Shown: positions 24,190 through 32,000 of the stretch, piece after piece
Layout: each line of letters starts with the position of its first letter
Position numbering within the stretch: the stretch's first letter is position 1
From: Erysipelotrichaceae bacterium MTC7
Lineage (GTDB): Bacteria; Bacillota_I; Bacilli_A; Erysipelotrichales; Erysipelotrichaceae
DNA: 32,000 bases
Reading direction: 5' to 3'
Assembly: GCA_001695645.1 (NCBI GenBank)
Contig: LVZN01000010.1
Coordinates: forward strand, 1 to 32,000
Notes under the pieces: generated by a model
Database searches by the model: none
The model's input: the letters and a program-made list of their open reading frames with translations, nothing else
Told to the model about the DNA's origin: nothing
Translations under genes and position numbers: made by a program

Positions 24190-24923
24190 TTGTAATTGTT
24201 TCACCAGCCAAAACCATGCAAGTCGAACAGGAAGTGGAATGTACGCCGCTTCCTTTTCCATACAAAACAAAGTTGTTAGTCAAAACTTTACAAAGTTATC
24301 CAACTGAAAAATTACAAACACTGATGAAAATCAGTGCACCAATCGCTCAGACTACATTTGATCGTTTCCAAACCTTCACAACAGCAGGTAAAGGTAGTTA
24401 TGCTCTAGAAGCTTATCAAGGTATACAGTTTCAACAACTGCAAAACCATCGAGATAAGATGGCGTATGCCAACAAACACATTCGCATCGTTTCAGGGCTA
24501 TACGGTTTGTTAAAACCGTATGATGTGATTCAAGCATACCGTTTGGAAATGCAGTGTAAACTAAAAGTGCAACACGCTAAACACTTGTATGAATTTTGGC
24601 AAGAAACATTGAGTGTTACCTTGCAAGAACAACTACAGTTGTACGAGAAACCAGTCATTGTGAATCTAGCAAGCAAGGAATACAGTAAAGCTTTTCTTCC
24701 ATCTATGCAAAAACAAATGCTTACAATTGATTTTGTTGAAGTGGTGGAAGGCAAGGATAAACGAAATTCGATGACAGTAAAAAAACTACGTGGACAAATG
24801 TTGAACTTTATTTTACAACATCAAATCGATCAAGTGCACGACCTTCAAACGTTTGTCTATGACGGATTTCATTTTGCTAAAGATCGTTCCTCAAATCACG
24901 TATATACATTCATAAAGTGTTAG
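24186..24923 (+). CDS. yaaA: YaaA-family peroxide-stress protein (UPF0246)
   Basis: Hallmark N-terminus MIVIVSPAKTM, plus YQGIQF, RIVSGLYGLLKPYDVIQAYRLEM and NLASKEY blocks. ATGA overlap with the SUKH gene. Confidence 0.88.
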   Translation: MIVIVSPAKTMQVEQEVECTPLPFPYKTKLLVKTLQSYPTEKLQTLMKISAPIAQTTFDRFQTFTTAGKGSYALEAYQGIQFQQLQNHRDKMAYANKHIRIVSGLYGLLKPYDVIQAYRLEMQCKLKVQHAKHLYEFWQETLSVTLQEQLQLYEKPVIVNLASKEYSKAFLPSMQKQMLTIDFVEVVEGKDKRNSMTVKKLRGQMLNFILQHQIDQVHDLQTFVYDGFHFAKDRSSNHVYTFIKC

Positions 24924-24985
24924 AATACAACGCACTTTATAACTATGTTATAATTTTCATAGGATAGATAAGGAAGGTGTATTTT

Positions 24986-25522
24986 ATGAAAAGAAATGGA
25001 AAAAGTTTTTTCTGGATGATGTTATTACTAGGAATTTTATGTATCATCGGTGCAGGGTTTGCAATAAGCAATCCTGATGTCACGCTTGTGACACTCGTGA
25101 TTTGTGTAGCTGTGATTGCCTTTGTTCGTGGAGTGGAATCGATTATTTTATATTTCGATCTAAAGAATTATACAGGCTTCAAACCTGTAACCATGCTACT
25201 TTCAGGAATTTTAGAAATTCTCTTAGGGATTTTGTTTATGTCTAATATTGCAAGTGGTGTAGCGACGCTAGGAATCATGTTTGCATTTTGGTTTATCTTT
25301 GATTCAATATTCCGTTTATCAAACGCTGGTTACTATAAAACGGTGATGCCAGGCATGTATGTGCTTGTGCTTGTCTTGAATATTTTATCGCTTGTTGTTG
25401 GTTTCATGTTGTTATTTGAACCACTTGTTTCTGCGATGACTTTACCAGTACTCATTTCAGTAGCATTCGCCGTGTTTGGTGTGGAAAGCATCATTGTTGC
25501 CTTTGCAAGCCGCAGTGAATAA
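24986..25522 (+). CDS. HdeD/DUF308-type small membrane protein
   Basis: Start moved from the track's GTG 24977 to ATG 24986, which has an AGGAAGG SD. Six short TM helices with repeated G-x-x-x-I/L-x-x-G patterning, as in DUF308. Confidence 0.65.
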   Translation: MKRNGKSFFWMMLLLGILCIIGAGFAISNPDVTLVTLVICVAVIAFVRGVESIILYFDLKNYTGFKPVTMLLSGILEILLGILFMSNIASGVATLGIMFAFWFIFDSIFRLSNAGYYKTVMPGMYVLVLVLNILSLVVGFMLLFEPLVSAMTLPVLISVAFAVFGVESIIVAFASRSE

Positions 25523-25536
25523 TTCATGCAATAGAA

Positions 25537-25566
25537 AAGGATCACAGTTTTGTGGTTCTTTTTTTT
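25537..25566 (+). terminator. Rho-independent terminator after HdeD-like gene
   Basis: AAGGATCACA (25537..25546) pairs with TGTGGTTCTT (25551..25560) with two G-U pairs, then T8. Confidence 0.7.
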
Positions 25567-25608
25567 GTGAACGATTACTGAAACTTCATCAATCGCTAAG
25601 GCTCTTAT

Positions 25609-25636
25609 TTTACATTGACTGGTAACTTGGTATAAT
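25609..25636 (+). promoter_or_regulatory. Promoter for AI-2E transporter gene
   Basis: TTTACA (25609..25614), 16-nt spacer ending in TGG (extended -10), TATAAT (25631..25636). Confidence 0.5.
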
Positions 25637-25658
25637 GGTAGTAATATCGAGGTAACCT

Positions 25659-26801
25659 ATGAATGAAGAACAGATAAGAACAGAAAAACAGAGAGCATTT
25701 ATTATTAAAATCATCTACATTGCCATTATTGTCGGATTGGTTGTTGTATCCTTTCGGTATTTGCTTTCTTGGGTTTTACCGTTTGTACTTGGATTGTTAG
25801 TTGCAGCCATCGTACAAAAGCCAGTGCGTTACATCGCAAACAAAATCAAACTTCCTAGTAAAGTGATTACCGTCATCTTTGTGGCTTTGTTTTATGCCAT
25901 TATCGGAAGTGCAATCTTATTATTAGGAATGCAAATTGCAAGTTCCTTAGCAGAAGTCTTCCGCTCGTTTCCAGACTATTACACATCGACAATTCAACCG
26001 GCAATTGACACATTATTTAACTCAACCTATCAATTAGTCAAAGGAATTAGTCCGGATATTGCAAGTAATGTTGAAGACATCAACAATCAGATGTTGACCG
26101 TGTTAAAAGATGCAATACCAAGTGTTTCGAAACAAGGTTTGGATTTAGCTACGCGCTTTGTTATGTTTGTACCTGGTTTTGTGATTGGTTTATTGATGAT
26201 GATTATATCTTCATTCTTTATTGCATTGGACTTTGATACATTGGGACAATTCTTTATGTTGCAATTCAACGATAAGCAAAAAGTTGTTGTACGTAAGATC
26301 AAAGATTTTAGTGTTGGCACCTTAGGGAAAATCATTAAATCGTATGCGATGATTATGTCGATTACCTTTATTGAAGTTTCCATTGGATTATCCATTTTGC
26401 GAGTGGAAAATGCCATTGGACTGGCTTTCTTTATCGCGATATTCGATATACTTCCCGTACTAGGTACGGGTGGGATTATGATTCCATGGATGCTAATTAC
26501 ATTGATTAATGGAAACATTCAATTGGCCATCGGATTGCTTATTGTCTATGTAGTTGTTACGGTGATCCGTAACATCATTGAACCAAAAATTGTTGGGGTA
26601 CAAGTAAATGCCAATCCAGTATTGATGTTGTTATCCATCTATTTGGGAGCACGAATTCTTGGATTTACCGGAATTATTAGTTTGCCAATTTTGGTGATTG
26701 TTGTAAAGAACTTAAATGAAGAAGGAATTATTCATTTGTATAAAAATTTACCGAAAAAAGAAACACCAAAACATGAAAAGAAAAGCATATCTGCCAAATA
26801 G
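25659..26801 (+). CDS. AI-2E family transporter (PerM/YtvI-like)
   Basis: 380 aa with about 8 TM segments. The block FDILPVLGTGGIMIPW...IRNIIEPKIVG is characteristic of AI-2E/UPF0118 proteins. Confidence 0.8.
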   Translation: MNEEQIRTEKQRAFIIKIIYIAIIVGLVVVSFRYLLSWVLPFVLGLLVAAIVQKPVRYIANKIKLPSKVITVIFVALFYAIIGSAILLLGMQIASSLAEVFRSFPDYYTSTIQPAIDTLFNSTYQLVKGISPDIASNVEDINNQMLTVLKDAIPSVSKQGLDLATRFVMFVPGFVIGLLMMIISSFFIALDFDTLGQFFMLQFNDKQKVVVRKIKDFSVGTLGKIIKSYAMIMSITFIEVSIGLSILRVENAIGLAFFIAIFDILPVLGTGGIMIPWMLITLINGNIQLAIGLLIVYVVVTVIRNIIEPKIVGVQVNANPVLMLLSIYLGARILGFTGIISLPILVIVVKNLNEEGIIHLYKNLPKKETPKHEKKSISAK

Positions 26802-26816
26802 CGGATATGCTTTTTT
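26785..26816. terminator. Terminator shared by convergent AI-2E and asnA genes
   Basis: GCATATCTGC (26785..26794) pairs with GCGGATATGC (26801..26810) with one G-U pair. T6 downstream, A-run upstream. Confidence 0.75.
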
Positions 26817-26819
26817 CTT

Positions 26820-27833
26820 TTACAATAATGGAATGTTATTCTTCTTACAAACTTCAATGATTTCATCTGACCATAAACTTGCTTGAACTTCGCCGACGTG
26901 TGCTTTTCTTAAAAAGTACATACATAGACGTGATTGTCCAATCCCACCACCGATTGTCAGTGGATAATCATGGTTCATAATTGCTTGGTGATATGGAAGT
27001 TTCAGTCTTGTTTCAGCATTTGCTTTCTTCAATTGTTCATCAAGTTTTTTATCGTTTACCCGAATTCCCATACTCGATAGTTCAAGTGACATTTCAAGCA
27101 CTGGATACCAAACAAGAATGTCTCCGTTTAGTGTCCAATCATCATAATCCGGTGCACGTCCATCGTGACGTTTACCAGATTTTAACGTATCACCAATTCC
27201 CATCAAGAAGACAGCTCCATAAGCTTTTACGATGCGATCTTCACGTTCTTTTGCAGTTAAATCTGGATACATATCTTCCAATTCTTGCGTTGAGATAAAA
27301 TGAATTTTCTCTGGCAAGATGGGTTCTCCGATTTGTGGATATTGGCGAATGACCATATATTCAATCTCAAGGAGGATATCATAGATTTTACGAACGGTTG
27401 TTTGTAGATAATCAAGCGTTCTTTGCTTTGGTGAAATGATGACTTCCCAGTCCCATTGGTCAACGTAAATTGAGTGATAGTTATCCAATTCTTCATCACG
27501 ACGAATCGCATTCATATCTGTATAAAGTCCTTCGTTTTTTCTTAGACCATAACGTTTCAATGCATCACGTTTCCATTTTGCTAGTGAATGTACGATTTCA
27601 ATGCTGCGATCGTTGACATCAGGTGCCACAAAGTCAATCGGACGTTCAACACCATTTAAATCATCGTTTAGTCCACTGTCTGCTTGGACAAAAAGTGGTG
27701 CACTTACTCTAGTTAAATGCAATGCTTCTCCCAAGCGACGCTCAAACATGTCTTTTACAAATTTAATCGCAATTTCTGTTTCCAACAAACTAAGTGTTGG
27801 TTTGTATCCTTCTGGAATAAATGTTTTCCCCAT
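26820..27833 (-). CDS. asnA: Aspartate-ammonia ligase (asparagine synthetase A)
   Basis: Class-II aaRS-like AsnA blocks [22 protein letters not shown] and [14 protein letters not shown]. Start set at ATG 27833 (AAGGAG 8 nt upstream) instead of the track's GTG 27839. Confidence 0.92.
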   Translation of the reverse strand: MGKTFIPEGYKPTLSLLETEIAIKFVKDMFERRLGEALHLTRVSAPLFVQADSGLNDDLNGVERPIDFVAPDVNDRSIEIVHSLAKWKRDALKRYGLRKNEGLYTDMNAIRRDEELDNYHSIYVDQWDWEVIISPKQRTLDYLQTTVRKIYDILLEIEYMVIRQYPQIGEPILPEKIHFISTQELEDMYPDLTAKEREDRIVKAYGAVFLMGIGDTLKSGKRHDGRAPDYDDWTLNGDILVWYPVLEMSLELSSMGIRVNDKKLDEQLKKANAETRLKLPYHQAIMNHDYPLTIGGGIGQSRLCMYFLRKAHVGEVQASLWSDEIIEVCKKNNIPLL

Positions 27834-27962
27834 ATACACAACTCCTTACTTTTATATGTAGTTAAGTATACCATACTGGTGATGAAAATAAAGATAATTC
27901 AAGCATTCCAATAGGTAAAAAGTAGGACTTGGACTACAATTATGGTAAAGGAGGGATGAACT

Positions 27963-28250
27963 TTGAACTCAAAATTTGAAATAGAGTCGCACGAATTGTT
28001 GCATATGTTAGATGAGCAACCATTAATCATTGATGTGCGACAACCAGATGAATTTGCACATGGACATATTCCTGGGGCAATCAATGTTCCATTAACGGAC
28101 ATTGTTGAGTTAACACTGGAAGATGAAGCAATCTTGGTTTGCCAAACTGGGAGGCAGTCGTTTGCAGCAAAGTTAATCTTGGATGATAAAGGGTTTCGTA
28201 CAAAACGAATGGTGAATGGAATGTTGCAGTGGGAAGGTCCACTAGAATAG
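27963..28250 (+). CDS. Single-domain rhodanese sulfurtransferase (TTG start)
   Basis: IIDVRQPDEFAHGHIPGAINVP and active-site loop CQTGRQS. The TTG start is supported by AAGGAGGG at 8-nt spacing. The nearby ATG at 27956 hits a stop after 7 codons. Confidence 0.85.
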   Translation: MNSKFEIESHELLHMLDEQPLIIDVRQPDEFAHGHIPGAINVPLTDIVELTLEDEAILVCQTGRQSFAAKLILDDKGFRTKRMVNGMLQWEGPLE

Positions 28251-28259
28251 GAAGATATC

Positions 28260-29912
28260 ATGAAGAAGCGTATTGTTATTGTGGGCGGAGTTGCCGCTGG
28301 TATGAGTTGTGCAACAAGGCTTAGACGTTTAAATGAACATATGGAAATTGTCGTACTGGATAAAGGTGAGTACGTCTCTTTTGCGAATTGCGGAATGCCA
28401 TATTATGTTGGTCAAGAAATTAAAGATCGTAACGATTTGTTGGTGAATACACCAGAAGGTTTGAAGAAGCGTTATAACTTAGATGTTCGCACCAAAAGTG
28501 ATGTGACAAGTTTTGATGGCCAAAAAAAGGTGGTGTATTACACGCGCGATGGGAAACAGGAAAGTTTGCCTTACGATGCACTTGTCTTAGCACCAGGGGC
28601 AAAACCGTTTGCACCCAACATCCCTGGTAAAGACAGAGATTACGTATTTACACTTCGTTCCATCAACGATATGGATGCAATTGTTGCCTATATTCAAAAA
28701 CATCAAGTCAAACAAGCAACCGTGATTGGTGCTGGATTCATTGGTATGGAAATGGCAGAGAACTTAGCACACCTTGGAATTGGTGTGCGTGTGGTGGAGT
28801 TTGCAGATCACATCTTGCCAAGTATTGATAAAGAGATGGCGGTGTTCTTGGAAGAAGAAGTAGAAGAACACGGCATCGACTTATACCTACAAACAACGGT
28901 GGTTGAAATCGGTGAAAACTATGTAAAAACAGCAGATGATGAACTGTTAGAAACAGACTTTGTTTTGCTTAGTACAGGTGTGCGCGCAGATAGTGAACCG
29001 TTTCAAACGTCTGGTATTAAAACAAACCAGCGGGGCAGTATCCTGGTGGATGAACATTTTGAAACCAATATCAAAGATGTCTATGCCGTTGGTGATGCTA
29101 TCGCTGTAAAGCAAAGACAAACGGGTGAACTAGTATCTATTACGTTAGCAAGCCCGGCCAATCGCCAAGGACGTTTGTTGGCGGATATATTGTCGGGTAT
29201 TCCACGGAAAAATAACGGGTCTCTTGGAACAGGGATTGTTCGTATATTTGAACAGGCCTTTGCGTCAACGGGACTTAGTGAAGCAACACTACTTGCTTTA
29301 AAGAAGGAATATGCGGCGGTTCATGTACCTGGTAAAAACCACACCGGTTATTTTCCAGGCAGTAAACCAATCTTTTTAAAGCTATTGTTTCACCCAAAGA
29401 CTGGCGAAATTTATGGAGCACAAGCCATCGGTGAAGATGGCGTAGATAAACGCATCGATGTGATTGCAACTGCAATCAATGGAAAATTAAGCGTTTACGA
29501 TTTAGTTGAATTGGAATTAACCTATGCACCACCATTTGGTAGTGCCAAGGACTTAGTAAATATGGCTGGGTATGTTGCACTCAACATCATGGATGGTTTA
29601 TCGCAAAACATTCAATGGCATGAACTAAAAACCTACCAAGAAAAAGGGGCACTGGTTCTTGATGTGCGCAATGAACACGAGCTTCATGGTGGGAAAATCC
29701 ATGGTTCGATTCATATTCCATTGGATGAACTTCGCGAGAAACTAGATGAAATTCCTAAGGGTGAAATTATTATCGTATCCTGTCAAAGCGGGTTGCGTAG
29801 TTATATGGCAGAACGTATACTAAAACAAAATGGATACGACGTACGAAACCTTGATGGAGCCTTTGATCTATTTTCTAAAGTGCTGCCGGAGGATATTGAT
29901 TCATGGAGTTAA
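28260..29912 (+). CDS. CoA-disulfide/persulfide reductase family flavoprotein with C-terminal rhodanese domain (CoADR-RHD)
   Basis: FAD site IVIVGGVAAG, redox Cys SFANCGMPYY, NAD site VIGAGFIGMEMAE, and AVGDA. The C-terminal rhodanese domain has VLDVRNEHE and active-site loop CQSGLRS. Confidence 0.88.
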   Translation: MKKRIVIVGGVAAGMSCATRLRRLNEHMEIVVLDKGEYVSFANCGMPYYVGQEIKDRNDLLVNTPEGLKKRYNLDVRTKSDVTSFDGQKKVVYYTRDGKQESLPYDALVLAPGAKPFAPNIPGKDRDYVFTLRSINDMDAIVAYIQKHQVKQATVIGAGFIGMEMAENLAHLGIGVRVVEFADHILPSIDKEMAVFLEEEVEEHGIDLYLQTTVVEIGENYVKTADDELLETDFVLLSTGVRADSEPFQTSGIKTNQRGSILVDEHFETNIKDVYAVGDAIAVKQRQTGELVSITLASPANRQGRLLADILSGIPRKNNGSLGTGIVRIFEQAFASTGLSEATLLALKKEYAAVHVPGKNHTGYFPGSKPIFLKLLFHPKTGEIYGAQAIGEDGVDKRIDVIATAINGKLSVYDLVELELTYAPPFGSAKDLVNMAGYVALNIMDGLSQNIQWHELKTYQEKGALVLDVRNEHELHGGKIHGSIHIPLDELREKLDEIPKGEIIIVSCQSGLRSYMAERILKQNGYDVRNLDGAFDLFSKVLPEDIDSWS

Positions 29913-30253
29913 TTATCGCAAAAGATGCGCTTTCAAAAATGAAGAAACTGTTGCCGATGCAACATGATTTTTTACTCCATCTCGATGATGGACAAGGTAT
30001 TGATTTTCATGAACATGTATCATGTAGTGTAAACTTGCATTTTCGATTGTTAGAAGTTAAAGACCATCATATGCACCCTGCATATGATGTGCGTATCGAA
30101 TCCACGATTGGACCTGTGTATGTAAAGTCGTATTCAGTCATGTATTTGGATCCGATAAATTACATTCGTTTGGGTGGTTATGGTGAGTTTCAACTTGCAG
30201 GAAAGTATGCTGGAAATATTGATGCCAATCTAAGTGTCACTTTGTATGAGTGA
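29903..30253 (+). CDS. Small HesB/YneR-like (Fe-S cluster biosynthesis family-like) protein
   Basis: 116 aa, overlapping the reductase gene by 10 nt. The LHLDDGQG...CS...F.L pattern resembles YneR/HesB-like proteins. Assignment is by eye only. Confidence 0.5.
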   Translation: MELIIAKDALSKMKKLLPMQHDFLLHLDDGQGIDFHEHVSCSVNLHFRLLEVKDHHMHPAYDVRIESTIGPVYVKSYSVMYLDPINYIRLGGYGEFQLAGKYAGNIDANLSVTLYE

Positions 30254-30285
30254 TGCTTTTCTTTTAGATGAAACTATGATACTAT

Positions 30286-30309
30286 CTATTTTGATATATA
30301 TCAAAATAG
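30286..30309. promoter_or_regulatory. 24-bp perfect palindrome CTATTTTGATATATATCAAAATAG abutting the SD of the ABC-2 ATPase gene
   Basis: The sequence equals its own reverse complement over all 24 positions. It ends 1 nt before AAGGAG, and the ATG is at 30322. Confidence 0.5.
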
Positions 30310-30321
30310 AAGGAGAACATC

Positions 30322-31233
30322 ATGGAAGCAATTGTTATTGAAAACTTAGAGAAAATATTTCCACCAGACATTCATGCGGTGGATCAGATACGTTTACAGA
30401 TTGCACAAGGGGAGGTGTTTGGATTTCTTGGACCCAATGGAGCTGGAAAAACCACCATGGTCAAACTACTCAATGGAATGTTAGAGCCAACTGCAGGAAG
30501 TGCTTCCATCATGGGTCTTGACCCATTGAAAGATACCACAGGTATTCATGCCATAAGTGGTGTATTGACTGAACATGCGATGATGTACGATCAAATGAGT
30601 GCTGTTGAAAACTTACAGTTTTTTGGGGAAGTGTTTGGTTTGCAAAAAGATGAAACAACAAAACGAGCATTGGAACTTTTGCAAACATTGCAACTGGATG
30701 AGGCAAAAGACCAGAAATTAGCAACCTATTCGACGGGAATGCGTCAACGCCTATCGCTTGCTCGCGCCCTTATTCATAAACCGAAAATTTTGTTTTTGGA
30801 TGAACCAACAAGTGGTCTTGATCCCGAAAGCGCAATGGCGGTAAATCAATTGATTCAACAACTGGCAAATCAAGGCGTTACAATTTTTCTTTGTACACAC
30901 CAACTGCGTTATGCCCAAGAGCTATGTACCAACTATGGATTGATCAGTCAAGGAAAATTACTAGCAACAGGCACGTTGGAACAGTTGCGCAAGCAAGTGT
31001 ATGATGGTTATACTGTGCGTTTAAAAAGTTCATGGTTACCTGATACGCTACATTATACAAAGATAGCCGATGATGAAATCGAGTTTCAATTGGAACACGA
31101 AGAGGACATTGCTGCAATCATTCGTGATATTGTCATGCATGGAGGAAATATCACACATGTGTCCAGTCGTAAAATGAGTTTAGAAGAAATATATTTTGCG
31201 CTAATGAAAGAAGCAGAAGGAGAACGTAAATGA
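30322..31233 (+). CDS. ABC-2 type transporter ATP-binding protein (NatA-like)
   Basis: GPNGAGKTT, YSTGMRQRLSLARAL, LFLDEPTSGLD, CTHQ. Confidence 0.9.
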   Translation: MEAIVIENLEKIFPPDIHAVDQIRLQIAQGEVFGFLGPNGAGKTTMVKLLNGMLEPTAGSASIMGLDPLKDTTGIHAISGVLTEHAMMYDQMSAVENLQFFGEVFGLQKDETTKRALELLQTLQLDEAKDQKLATYSTGMRQRLSLARALIHKPKILFLDEPTSGLDPESAMAVNQLIQQLANQGVTIFLCTHQLRYAQELCTNYGLISQGKLLATGTLEQLRKQVYDGYTVRLKSSWLPDTLHYTKIADDEIEFQLEHEEDIAAIIRDIVMHGGNITHVSSRKMSLEEIYFALMKEAEGERK

Positions 31234-32000
31234 ATCAAAAGATGAAAGCGATTATCGCTAAAGACATTCGCTCTATAGTTGGTGAAAAACGCTATTTCAC
31301 GATGCTATTGTTTCTTCCGTTTTTTCTTGGAATTCTCTTTCCGAGCATCTTTGTCTTATTGATTAAAGTGGCGCCAACGGACATGCACGACCTCGATGGA
31401 TTGATGCAATTATTGCCAAAAGATTTGGCTGGTGATTCTGTGCTTGATGCCTTGTTGTCGCTAATTTTAAATCAAACGATTCCCATTTTCTTTATGTTAA
31501 TCCCGATTATGTGTGCATCCGTTATGGCGGCTAGTTCCTTTGTCGGAGAAAAAGAAAAACGTACATTGGAAACGTTACTCTATTCTCCACTATCATTACG
31601 TGACATCTTCAAAGCAAAAGTTCTTGCTTCAACGATTATCAGTTTACTCATTACCTATGCAACATTCATCTTGATGGTGCTAATCTTGAATGTGGAATTT
31701 CAGCTGTTGGATGGTACGTTCTTTATCCCTGGACTTAGTTGGTTGTGGGTGATGGTGTTGTTGGTGCCTGCATGCACACTGCTTGCAATTACCTTTATTG
31801 TGAAAGGTTCAGCAAAAAGTAAAAGTATGGAAGAGGCCCAACAAAAAGCTGCTTTTTTGGTGATGCCAATTCTTTTAGCGTTCATTAGTCAGTTTATGGG
31901 GTTCGTGATTATTAGTCCGTTTATGATTTTAATTGCGGGTGTAATCTTGTTTATCATCGGCTATCTAATGCTTCAAAAAACAACAAATGCATTCACCTAT
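31230..32000 (+). CDS. ABC-2 family permease (NatB-like); first 257 codons, open at the right edge
   Basis: Absent from the ORF track. ATGA overlap with the ATPase stop. My translation MNQKMKAIIAKDIRSIVGEKRYFTML...SSFVGEKEKRTLETLLYSPLS... has no stop through 32000. The GEKE-x-x-TLE-x-LL block is typical of NatB-type ABC-2 permeases. Confidence 0.8.
   Translation, partial: MNQKMKAIIAKDIRSIVGEKRYFTMLLFLPFFLGILFPSIFVLLIKVAPTDMHDLDGLMQLLPKDLAGDSVLDALLSLILNQTIPIFFMLIPIMCASVMAASSFVGEKEKRTLETLLYSPLSLRDIFKAKVLASTIISLLITYATFILMVLILNVEFQLLDGTFFIPGLSWLWVMVLLVPACTLLAITFIVKGSAKSKSMEEAQQKAAFLVMPILLAFISQFMGFVIISPFMILIAGVILFIIGYLMLQKTTNAFTY

Noticed and set aside
27834-27962. Looked for an Asn T-box or other leader upstream of asnA, and for a CsoR/CstR-type operator for the sulfur cluster
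   Set aside because: The divergent intergenic region is only 129 nt. The asnA 5' UTR would be about 30 nt, too short for a T-box, and no specifier or T-box sequence is present. The only symmetry is ACCAtacTGGT (4-bp arms), which is too weak to call.
27899-28261. 120-aa minus-strand ORF opposite the rhodanese gene
   Set aside because: Ser/Cys/Asn-rich nonsense composition with no motifs. The + strand frame has clear rhodanese motifs and a strong SD.
30286-30309. The 24-bp palindrome considered as the terminator of the upstream sulfur operon
   Set aside because: The stem would be almost entirely A-U, and it is followed by AAGGAG rather than a U-tract. It is better explained as an operator or SD-proximal element, and is reported as a finding.
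1-32000. Scan for CRISPR arrays, tRNA/rRNA/tmRNA genes, riboswitch cores and prophage or defence-island signatures
   Set aside because: There are no spaced direct-repeat arrays, no cloverleaf-like or rRNA-like segments, and no intergenic region longer than about 260 nt. Apart from the IS element the gene content is housekeeping or transport. This scan was by eye only, so short ncRNAs could have been missed.

Overview
AT-rich, densely coding chromosomal segment that looks like a low-GC Gram-positive (Bacillota) genome. A long Mollicute-style PotA hints at Erysipelotrichia-like ancestry, but that is inference only. I support about 38 protein genes, mostly on the + strand and mostly housekeeping. 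In window order they are: the left half of an IS200/IS605 element (tnpA plus the 5' part of tnpB, running off the left edge); rluF; murB; a TtcA-like tRNA thiolase; a PadR regulator with a membrane partner; nagB; a Cof-type HAD phosphatase; trxA; an LCP ligase; a Tim44-like/SPFH zinc-ribbon gene pair; an XRE-cupin regulator with potA-potB-potC::potD; an ABC-F ATPase; a membrane-anchored J-domain protein; gldA; an ABC exporter pair; a UMF1 MFS transporter; a three-gene operon of unknown protein, SUKH (SMI1/KNR4) protein and YaaA; an HdeD-like protein; an AI-2E transporter; asnA; a rhodanese, CoA-disulfide-reductase::rhodanese and HesB-like sulfur cluster; and an ABC-2 transporter running off the right edge. 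I found no rRNA, tRNA, CRISPR array, recognisable riboswitch or long unexplained non-coding gap; every intergenic region is under about 260 nt. I cannot point to an unambiguous new multi-gene system. The best candidates for a second look are: (1) the translationally coupled unknown/SUKH/YaaA operon; (2) the PspA-less Tim44-like plus SPFH zinc-ribbon module; (3) the pot locus, with a roughly 180-aa tandem-repeat insertion in PotA and an in-frame PotC-PotD fusion that keeps an intact lipoprotein signal peptide; (4) an ABC-F gene preceded by a 5-codon leader ORF and a hairpin that masks its Shine-Dalgarno (SD) site; (5) a 24-bp perfect palindrome in front of the ABC-2 transporter. All domain calls come from reading motifs by eye. 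No database search was run, so novelty is unproven.
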